A stretch of DNA of 63,463 bases, counting the filler, from Chiloscyllium plagiosum (lineage: Eukaryota): the NCBI RefSeq assembly GCF_004010195.1. It is 5 parts of one record of this genome, joined end to end, with 100 filler letters (N's around TTAATTAATTAA, not from the genome) between each part and the next. Parts side by side here need not be neighbours in the genome. Positions count along the whole stretch, not along the records: positions 1 to 20,880 come from NC_057712.1; positions 20,981 to 29,056 come from NC_057712.1; 3 more parts are not named here. One strand, written 5' to 3'. How positions within the stretch are numbered: position 1 is the first letter of the stretch; every line of letters starts with the position of its first letter. A program made the translations under genes and the position numbers. This document shows, one piece after another, positions 13,851-23,900 of the stretch. The notes beneath the pieces are model-generated. The model saw only the letters and a program-made list of their open reading frames with translations, ran no database searches and was not told the origin of the DNA.

Positions 13851-14069
13851 CTGCATGTTCAAGCTAGGTTGGAGATTACTAAAAGAGCAATGAAAGCAAT
13901 CAAACAGGCCAGTGAGAAGCAGCAGAAGAAGGCTTTCGAAGGCAACATCCCACCTGCTTCAAATTCCCAAGTCAGCTATGAAGAGGCTTTGACTCATCTA
14001 CAGCAATCATTTGCTCATCTAGAAACACTCAACCACAGCTTTGTGCACTCCCTAAAGGCTAACAAACAG
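13851..14069 (+). CDS. NBAS: NBAS coding exon, phase 0 to 0
   Basis: Long pyrimidine tract plus tgcag acceptor, cag|gtaaag donor. Encodes LHVQARLEITKRAMKAIK...SYEEALTHLQQSFAHLETLNHSFVHSLKANKQ, matching NBAS LSVEARKEMTRKAIK...LAHLETLSHSF. Confidence 0.93.
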
Positions 14070-15054
14070 GTAAAGCTAATCCTGTCCTTCACAACCAACT
14101 GCACAATGTTCATCTTCCATAAAAGGTGATTATATGACATGCACAAGGCAAACCCTTTAATCATAGCTTTGTGTATATAAAATGAAGGCTAGTTGTGCTT
14201 GGCAATCATATGTTGTTCATGTTTGTTAACACCATGATTGCTGTTGTGTTAAGTACAATAAAGGTCAATCACATTACTGACAATATAACTCTAACCTGAG
14301 GAATGTAAAAGCAAAGTCCCAACTAGAATTTTCCTCAATTCCACAAAAAAAAACAGCTCCATCATCAAGCTAGTTTAAAGCCCTGTATTCCTAGGTCTCC
14401 TTGGTGTCTTACTTTGTTGCAGTTTATGGAAGTTTGTACTGTAAATGTTTGTTGCTAAAATTCCCAACACTTTAGCAAGTGAATACATTTCAAAGGTGCT
14501 TGGCTCTAAAGCATCTGGTGACACAATGGAGTCACATACAGCACTATATAAATGTAAGTTTGTTCTTTAATTAAAAATCTGCAATTTAACAGCACTTTAA
14601 ATATTAAAAAAAACCTTCTGCCTTTTATAATGGTATAACAGAAAAAACATTTGGAAATTGAACAACTAAAAAGACAATGCCAGAAATACTCAATCTAATA
14701 AACACCATCCCAATTGAACCCAAAATCCCCTTTCCTCTAGGACCCAACACCACCTTTTGCCTGTCCTCGGATGCTGCCTGAATTGCTGTGCTCTTCCAGC
14801 ACCACTAATCCAGAATCCCTATCTAGCACTTGACCTGCCATACACTTTTACTATCTTTTTTCAGGAGCTGACAAAGTGGTGGATTGTGATGTTGGATCTT
14901 TAAGGCACAGGGTTACAGCAGCTGATTGATGTAAATCCTGCACTATGAGAGACTTGTCAAATTTAATACAGAATTGACTGAGAGTCAGAAAATCTGTCCC
15001 GAGCTTGTTTTCAGACCCTAGTTCAAGAAACAAATCTGAAAAATATTATTTTCT

Positions 15055-15943
15055 GCTGTGGTTCTGTTCGCCAAGCTGGAAGTTTTTGTTGCAAACGTTT
15101 CGTCCCCTGTCTAGGTGACATCCTCAGTGCTTGGGAGCCTCCTGTGAAGCGCTTCTGTGGTGTTTCCTCCGGCATTTATAGTGGCCTGTCTCTGCCGCTT
15201 CCGGTTGTCAGTTTCAGCTGTCCGCTGTAGTGGCCGGTATATTGGGTCCAGGTCTGTGTGTTTGTTGATGGAGTTTGTGGATGAGTGCCATGCTTCTAGG
15301 AATTCCCTGGCTGTTCTTTGTTGGCTTGCCCTATAATGGTAGTGTTGTCCCAGTCAAATCCATGTTGCTTGTCGTCTGCGTGTGTGGCTACTAAGGATAC
15401 CTGGTCGTGTCGTTTCGTGGCTAGTTGATGTTCGTGGATGCAGATCGTTAGCTGTCTTCCTGTTTGTCCTATATAGTGTTTTGTGCAGTCCTTGCATGGG
15501 ATTTTATACACTACATTAGTNNNNTTGCCTCCCAGGTGCACAGGTCAGGGATGTCACCGATCGGCTGCAGAGCATTCTAAAAGGGGAGGGTGAACAGCCA
15601 TTCGTCTTGGTGCATATAGGCACCAACGATATAAGTAGAAAGCGAGATGACAGGGAATTCCTAGAAGCATGGCACTCATCCACAAACTCCATCAACAAAC
15701 ACATAGACCTGGACCCAATATACCGGCCACTACAGCAGACAGCTGAAACTGACAACCGGAAGCGGCAGGGACAGGCCACTATAAATGCCGGAGGAAACAC
15801 CACAGAAGCGCTTCACAGGAGGCTCCCAAGCACTGAGGATGTCACCTAGACAGGGGACGAAACGTTTGCAACAAAAACTTCCAGCTCGGCGAACAGAACC
15901 ACAGCAACGAACATCCGAGCTACAAATCTTCTCACAAACTTTG
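15055..15943. mobile_element. Penelope-like element (Poseidon-like) with 255-bp inverted arms, a GIY-YIG remnant and a 13-bp TSD
   Basis: 15055-15309 is the reverse complement of 15651-15905, followed by a 38-nt unpaired tail. ORF 15296..15541 has VVYKIPCKDCTKHYIGQTGRQLTICIHEH. TSD aatattattttct at 15042-15054 and 15944-15956. Confidence 0.9.
15830..15869 (+). ncRNA. Minimal hammerhead ribozyme motif (PLE type)
   Basis: GCA-CTGAGGA-t-GTCACC-tagaca-GGGGAC-GAAA-CG-TT-TGC. Core motifs are present with a short stem I; the cleavage triplet is GUU (suboptimal). Confidence 0.6.
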
Positions 15944-15962
15944 AATATTATTTTCTTTCCAG

Positions 15963-16165
15963 GTCCTGTTCCAAAAATACTATCGGCTCTATGACCTTTC
16001 GAGATCTGAGAGTAGTAAACTGCACAACCTGGTGGTTACTATGGTTCTAGATGGGCAACCTCTTGATATAATGCAGCAGATGCTTCTAGTTGCTGTGGAA
16101 TCTCAAGACATATCCCCTAAAGCTGTCGTGCAAGATGCTATACAGAGAGTTATAAATGTGCTAAG
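15963..16165 (+). CDS. NBAS: NBAS coding exon, phase 0 to 2 (absent from the ORF track)
   Basis: ttttctttccag acceptor and ag|gtaggc donor. My translation is VLFQKYYRLYDLSRSESSKLHNLVVTMVLDGQPLDIMQQMLLVAVESQDISPKAVVQDAIQRVINVL, matching NBAS LQKYSHLYDLSRSE...LDGQPL.MIQQLL.VAV..DISPK. Confidence 0.93.
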
Positions 16166-16299
16166 GTAGGCTTCCAAGCAGGTACATTTTGGTGTTCTGA
16201 ATTAATTAGCTCAAGTTACCGAATATTTCTATACATGGGCTATTTAGCTATCTTTGCATACCAGCCCACTACATCTAGATTATGTTTAGTCAGAACCAG

Positions 16300-16575
16300 T
16301 GACATGGTGGTTATATCACTGGACTGGTAACCTATTGTCCTGGACTAAAACTCTGGATTAAAATGCCACAATGACAGCTGGTATTTAAATTCTATGAATA
16401 AAATCTGAAATATAAAACTAGTCTTGGTGATGATGACCATGATAGCTAATATTGATGTTGTGGTGTTCATCAAGGAGGAAGATCTGCCAACCTTATCCTG
16501 TCTGACCTACATATGATTCCAAACTAGACAAAACGGTTGACCCTTAATTGCCCTCTATGATGGCCTAGCAAGCCT
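16300..16575 (+). mobile_element. Old SINE-like interspersed repeat (unclassified)
   Basis: tRNA-like head (gtgacatggtggttatatcactggact) and a body similar to 52540-52767 and to minus-strand copies near 5583-5750 and 57095-57330. Confidence 0.5.
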
Positions 16576-19500
16576 TATGATATTTATGAGAATAGATTAT
16601 TTGTATTTGAATAAGGTGGGATAACAGGAATCATATGCTTATTTTTTAAATCATGATTTTGTATTGCTTTTCTGTAGTCTGCATTGTGCATTTAACATCG
16701 TTGATCATTCTCTCTCATATAAAATTCTCCTGGGTATTTTCATTTTTTCCCCTTTGTGTTACTGCAGGCAGTGCGAAGTTTATACCAGGACAATGTTTGA
16801 TAATCGTTACTGTCAGAATATGCTGTTGCTTTAATCTATTTGCATTTTAACTAACACAAAAGGCTTTAAGCGATGAATGACTTAGGTATTCAGAGATCTT
16901 GATCACTACCTCTGATTGTTTGCCTATTGTTTTTTTAATTATTGCGACACAAACTTAATTTTAATTGTGCTGAGTTTGCAGCAATCATTATACAGACTGA
17001 AATAAATATGCAACAGAGAAACTGGCTATTTGATCCAATAATGCTCTGTGCAAATCCCTTCCCATTCTTCTTCTTTTGAACTCTACTTGCGCAACTCCCA
17101 CGCTCTCATATGATTACCTGACTTCATTTTAAATACATTCTCAAAATATCTTCAAAGCACCTTACAAACCTGTATCATCTAGATGGCCAAGGGCAGCAGG
17201 TGCCTGGGAGCATCACCATATGCAGGCTTCCCCTCAAATTGCACACCATCCTGACTTGGACCTCTATTGCCATTCATTCAAAGTAGCTGGGTCAAAATCC
17301 TAAAGCACCCTCCCTGACAGCGCTGTGGGTGTCCGTACCAAACCCCCAGACTGCAGTGGTTCAAAAGAGCAACACACCGCAAACATCTTTAAGATCATTA
17401 GAGTTAGGCAATAAATGCAGATTCAGCTAGCCATCCCATGAACAAATTAAACAAACGCCCTTACTTATTCATCTAAACTAGTTTCTGTTTATGGAGTTCA
17501 AAATTCTCACTTACTTTTACCTCTACTGATCAGGAAGTTTCCCATGCTTTCTCTATTTAACTATCTTTGTTCTAATGGCCTCTATTTTTACTTTTCCTGC
17601 TGTGAGAGAGGGTGGAAATACTTGTCTGTCAACTCTGTCAATATTTTTCAAAATTAGGTTATGTTCACCGTCAAAAAAGAAAGGAAATCCAGCCTGTTCA
17701 TCGTTCCCTGATTAATATAGTCCTGTATTCCAGGTATCACCTTTAATGAATCTTTTTTCCATCTTTTGACCCAGGATCTACATAGTGCTCCTTGGGTTGG
17801 ATTTGCAACTCACCCCCCCCCCCCCCCCCCTCACAATCTGCCAGCTGGTTTGAAGGTTGGCAGGACATTTAAACGTCCAGGCAGTGTATAATGTGTAGGT
17901 TAGGTGGATTGGCTGTGTTAAACTTCCCACAGGGTCTGAAGGTATGCATACTAGGTGGCTGTGTCATGGGAAATATGGAGTTACAGGAAAAGGGTGGGTG
18001 GGGTGTGGGTTTGGGTGGGATGGAAGGTTGGTGTGGACTCATACTGTCGGGTTTCTGTGAATTGCTCCTTCCTTTCTAAAGTTTTATGTTTGAGTGGTTC
18101 AGTCCTAATGAGTCCAGAATGAAAAGCTTCAACTTCATGTCTCTTTCTAGCAACATTTAAGTTACTGCCATGTAATTGTTTATATATTTAATAATGGATT
18201 TTTATTCTAAATTTAATTGAGTGACTAATTTAAAATCCCCAACAAATTTGGTGGGACTTGACTGCTCTGATGGGCATGGAGACATGGCTGCAGAAAAATC
18301 ACAACTGGGAATTAAACACTGAAGTGTATAATCTGTGTGGAAACATTAGAGAGAAGAAATGGGTGCCAGAGTCACTGTTCTTACTGGAGATAACATAATA
18401 GCATTAGAACAAAGAGTAACTGCCTCTGAAAAAAGCATATAGAATTGCTTAGTGTTACATAACTTAAATATTGCAAAAACAGATTGAAGTGGAAGCTTTT
18501 TTGCACATATCGGGATTGAAATGTAAGAATAGAAATACAAATCTGCCTAACAATGTGGTTGATGTTCCTTTGTTGTCCCTTTGTCTCAAATATTAAAAAA
18601 AAACAACGTAAGTGTATGTTCCCTTGCTCTGTATTCCTGTACGCTCTCTGGATCGATCATACTAATTAACTATACCATGTCAGTGGCTTACACATGGTCT
18701 ATATGTAAACGTGTGGGGTTGGAGCTCTTTCAAGTGAGAGACTTGGGAGATAAAATTGAAAGTAACCTAAAGTAAAAGGTTGAATAAGATCCAAAATGGT
18801 CAAAGGAACTATGTACTATCAATTTCCTTCACCATGTTTAGAGTTTTATTATTAGCAGAAATGGCAATTCTATCTAGTTATGCTGAAAGAGTGTCAAAGA
18901 GTTCAAGAATTTGGCTTTAGATTTTGAACTACATTCTTTATAACGCAGCTGAGAGATTAGCATACATGTGATTCTAGACCACGTTACAGAGCATTAATAT
19001 TAAGCACGTCAATAATTTAAATTTTTATTTGAACTAAGATTAAAATAAGACGAGTCATGTCACAGTGAGGAAATTAGAAGGGGTATGGCCTTGGTTAGTG
19101 AAGAAGGAAAAACAATGGAAAATTACTTCTGTTACTTGAATTGTTAAATAAAAACCGTGCTAATTAAAGTTCAAATATTAATCTCATGACAGACCTTTGC
19201 TTTTAAACAAAAATTTTTGCCTACCAAAATAAATTTAATTTACCAACACAACCAAAAGTTACACTGTAATTTTCACTCCTCTGAGGTTTCATATGCTTTG
19301 AGAAAGGCAGACATTTTATGAGGCAATGTAAATCCTGAATTGTCATTGCATGGAAAGAACATTTGTGACTGCAGTTCAGTGGTGCATGTCATGCAAAAGT
19401 GAACTCTACATGCACAGATTTTCGATCAGCTCTTTTCACGATCAGTTGATTTTAATCCAGTTGTAACTGGCATGATATTGAGCAAGCTCATTTATTTGGG

Positions 19501-19738
19501 ACCTTCCAGAGAATTTGATCAGTTAGTTCAGGTTTAAATCCTGAAATGATCAGTGTTCGTTGCATACATTTAGTCAAATAGGCCTGGCAGCATTCAAGAA
19601 AATCATACTTGCCCAGAATGTTTTCGTGGATGTCCGGTTTGAATTGACAAATATTTTTGGAGAAGTTTTGAATATGGAGAGGTGAAAGATCTAATCATGA
19701 ATTTGGGAAAATGATTGTTGCATATCTTGTAAGGACAG

Positions 19739-19885
19739 GGTGAACATGAGAACTGCAGATGCTGGAGATCAGATTCAAGAGTCTGAAAAAGCATAGAAGA
19801 TCAGGCAGCATCCGACGAGCAGGAAAATCGAAGTTTCGGGCAAAAGCCCTTCATCCGGAATCTTGATGTTGCCTGACCTGCTATA
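19739..19885 (-). mobile_element. PLE mini-element (family B) with hammerhead motif and a short inverted segment
   Basis: gtttcgggcaaaagcccttcatccgg is the reverse-complement hammerhead core. Perfect 12-bp TSD ttgtaaggacag at 19727-19738 and 19886-19897. Confidence 0.8.
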
Positions 19886-19944
19886 TTGTAAGGACAGTCA
19901 TTCCAAGCTCTTCATCAGAAAGTGGCCCTGACTTAGGTAGATCA

Positions 19945-20880
19945 TAGAACAATACAGCACAGAACAGGCCCTTCGGCCCACGATGTAGTGCCGAACATTT
20001 GTCCTAGCTTAAGCACATATCCATGTACCTATCCAATTGCCGCTTAAAAGCCATCAATGATTCTGACTCTGCCACTCCCACAGGCAGCGCATTCCATGCC
20101 CCCACCACTCTCTAGGTAAAGAACCTACCCCTGACATCCCTCCCTATACCTTAAATTTATGTCCCCTTGTAACACTGTTGTACCTGAGGAAAAAGTCTCT
20201 GTCTACTCTATCTATTCCCCTGATCATCTTATAAACCTCTATCAAGTCACCCCTCATCCTTCGCCGTTCCAATGAGAAAAGGTCTAGCACTCTCAACCTA
20301 TCATCGTACGACCTATTCTCCATTCCAGGCCTGATTCGGAGATGCCGGTGTTGGACTGGGGTGTACAAAGTTAAAAATCACACAACACCAGGTTATAGTT
20401 CAACAGGTTTAATTGGAAGCACACTAGCTTTTGGAGCGACGCTCCTTCATAAGGTGATGAAGGAGCGTCGCTCCGAAAGCTAGTGTGCTTCCAATTAAAC
20501 CTGTTGGACTATAACCTGGTGTTGTGATTTTTAACTCCATTCCAGGCAACATCCTGGTAAATCTCCTCTGCACCCTCTCCAAAGCTTCCACATCTCTCCT
20601 AAAATGAGGCGACCAGAACTGCAGACAGTACTCCAAATGTGGCCTTACCAAGGTCCTATACAGCTGCGACATCACCTTACGACTCTTGAATTCAATCCCT
20701 CTGCTAATGAACGCTAATACACCAGAGGCCTTCTTACAAGCTCTATCCACCTGAGTGGCAACTTTCAAAGAGCTATGAACATAGACCCCAAGATCCCTCT
20801 GCTCCTCCACCTTACTAAGAACCCTACCATTAACCCTGTATTCCGCATTCTTATTTGTCCTTCCAAAATGGACAACCTCA
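19945..20880 (-). mobile_element. Young CR1 LINE 3' portion, interrupted by a fold-back PLE mini-element and ending at a gap
   Basis: ORFs 20424..20810 (RDLGV...LYRTLVRPHLEYC.QFWSP) and 20144..20368 ([13 protein letters not shown]). Confidence 0.9.
20331..20534. mobile_element. Near-perfect fold-back PLE mini-element (family A)
   Basis: Arms of ~80 bp (agttaaaaatcacacaacaccagg...ctccttcat / atgaaggagcgtcgctccgaaagctagtg...gatttttaact) plus a ~37-nt unpaired tail. TSD ctccattccaggc at 20318-20330 and 20535-20547. Confidence 0.9.
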
Positions 20881-20980
20881 NNNNNNNNNNNNNNNNNNNN
20901 NNNNNNNNNNNNNNNNNNNNNNNNTTAATTAATTAANNNNNNNNNNNNNNNNNNNNNNNNNNNNNNNNNNNNNNNNNNNN
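20881..20980. other. Assembly gap with TTAATTAATTAA linker (same structure at 29057-29156, 44284-44383, 56930-57029)
   Basis: All four gaps are 44 N + TTAATTAATTAA + 44 N; the 12-mer has stop codons in all six frames. Confidence 0.95.
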
Positions 20981-23900
20981 CGTGTCGAAATCATTATTCC
21001 AGGAGTGTGACGCGTGTCGGTCTCATTAATCTGGGAATCTGACGCTTGTCGAACTCATTAATCCGTGTGTGTGACGCATGTCGAACTCATTAATCCGGGA
21101 ATGTGAGGCGTGTCGAACTCATTAATCCAGAAGTGTGACATGTGTCAAACTCATTAATCCAGGAGTGTTTCACGTGTCGAACACATTAATCGGGGAATGT
21201 GACGCTTGTCGAACTCATTAATCCGGGAATGTGATGCGTGTCAAACTCTTTAATCTGGGAGCGCAATGTCTGTCAAATTTATTAACGCGAAAGTGTGATG
21301 CGTGTGGAACTCATTAACCCGGGACTGTGACGCGTGTCGAACTCATTAATCCGGGAGTGTGATGTGTGTCGAATGCATTAATCCAGAGGTGTGACATGTG
21401 TCAAACTCATTAATCCGTGGGAGTGACGCATGTCGAACTCATTAATCCGGGCGCGTGACGCGTGTCAAACTCATTAATCCAAGAGCGTGATGTGTGTCAA
21501 ACTCATTCATCCGGGAGTTTTTCACGTGTCGAACTCATTAATCTGGGAGTGTGACGCATGTTGAAATCATTAATCCAGGAGTGTGACACGTGTCGAACTC
21601 ATTAATTCTGGAATGTGACGCATGTCGAACTCATTAATCCAAGAGTGTGCCGCATGTCAATCTCATTAATCTGGGAGTGTGACACGTGCCGAACGCATTA
21701 ATACGGGAGTGTGATGTGTGTCGAACGCATTAAACCAGGAATGTGAGGCGTGTCAAACGCATTAATCCAGGAGTGTGACATGTGTCAAACTCATTAATCC
21801 GTGAGAGTGACGCATTTCGAACTCATTAATCCGGGCGTGTGACGCATGTCGAACTCATTAATCCGGGAGTGTGAGGCGGGTCGAACGCATTAATCCTGGA
21901 ATGTGACGCGTGTCAAACTCATTAATCCGGGAGTGTGACGCACGTTGAACTCATTAATCTGGGAGTGAGAGGTATGTCGAACACATTAATCCGGGAGTGT
22001 GACACGTGTCGAACTCATATATCCCGGAATGTAACATGTGTCAAACTCATTCATCCGAGACCGTTACGTGTGTCAAGATTTTCACGTGTCAAATTTATTA
22101 ATCCGGGAGTGTGACGCATGTCGAACACTTTAGTCCGGGTATATGACGCGTGTCGAACGCATTAATCCAATTTTGTGACACATGTTGGATTATTAATCTG
22201 GGAATGTGACACACGTCGAACTCATTAATTCTGGAATGTGACGCATGTCAAACCCATTAATACGAGAGTGTGCCGCATGTCAAACTCTTTAATCCGAGAG
22301 TGAGAGGCATGTCGAACGCATTAATCCGGGAGTGTGACATGTGTCGATCGCATTGATCCGGGAGTGTGACGCGTGTCGAGCTCATTGATCCGGGAGTGTG
22401 ACGCGTGTCGAACGCATTGATCCGGGAGTGTGACGCGTGTCGAACGCATTGATCCGGGAGTGTGACGCGTGTCGAGCTCATTAATCCGGGAGTGTGAGGC
22501 GGGTCGAACGCATTAATCCTGTAATGTGACACGTGTCAAACTCATTAATCCGGGAGTGTGACAAGTGTCAAACTCATTAATCCGGGAGTGTGACAAGTGT
22601 CGAACTCATTAATCCTGGAGTGTGACATGTGTTGAACACATTAATCCGGGAGTGTGACACGTGTCAAACTCATTAATCCTGGAATGTGACACGTGTCAAA
22701 CTCATTAATCCGGGAGTGTGACACGTGTCGAACTCATTTATCCCGGAATGTAACGTGTGTCAAACTCATTACTCCAAGAACATGATGTATGTCAAACTCA
22801 TTCATCCGGGAGATCTTCACGTGTCGAACTCATTAATCCGAGAGTGTGACACATGTTGAACACATTAATCCAGGTATATGACGCGTGCTGAACGCATAAA
22901 TCCGGGTATATGACGTGTGTTGAACTCATTAATCCGGGAGTGTGACGCCTGTTAAAATCATTAATCCGGGAGAGTGACACGCGTCAAACTCATTAATTCT
23001 GGAATGTGACGCGTGTTGAATTTATTAATCCGGGAGTGAGAGGTATGTCGAACACATTAATCCGGGAGTGTGACATGTGTCAAACGCATTGATCCGGGTA
23101 TGTGACGCGTGTCGAACTCATTAATCCGCGAGTGTGACGCGTGTCGAACCCATTAATCCGGGAGTGTGACACATGTCGAACTCATTAATCCTGGAATGTG
23201 ACGCGTGTCTGACGCATGTCGAACTCATTAATCCGGGCGCGTGACGCATGTCGAACTCATTAATCCGGGCGCGTGACGCATGTCGAACTCATTAATCCGG
23301 GCGCGTGACGCGTGTCAAACTCATTAATCCAAGAGCGTGATGTGTGTCAAACTCATTCATCCGGGAGTTTTTCACGTGTCGAACTCATTAATCTGGGAGT
23401 GTGACGCATGTTGAAATCATTAATCCGGGAGTGTGACACGTGTCGAACTCATTAATTCTGGAATGTGACGCATGTCGAACTCATTAATCCAAGAGTGTGC
23501 CGCGTGTCAATCTCATTAATCTGGGAGTGTGACACGTGCCGAACGCATTAATACGGGAGTGTGATGTGTGTCAAACTCATGAATCCGGGAGTGTGACGCG
23601 TGTCAAACTCATGAATCCGGGAGTGTGACAAGTGTCGAACTCATTAATCCTGGAGTGTGATGCGTGTTGAACGCATTAATCCGGGAGTGTGACACGTGTC
23701 AAACTCATTAATCCTGGAATGTGACGCGTGTCAAACTCATTAATTCGGGAGTGTGACACGTGTCAAACTCATTAATCCTGGAATATGACGCGTGTCAAAC
23801 TCATTAATCCGGGAGTGTGACATTTGTCGAACGCATTGATCCGGGTATGTGATGCGTGTCGAACTCATTAATCCGCGAGTGTGACGCGTGTCGAACCCAT

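Noticed and set aside
20925..20936. TTAATTAATTAA as a biological motif (e.g. piggyBac TTAA site)
   Set aside because: It occurs identically in the centre of four 100-bp N gaps, so it is a synthetic six-frame stop linker.
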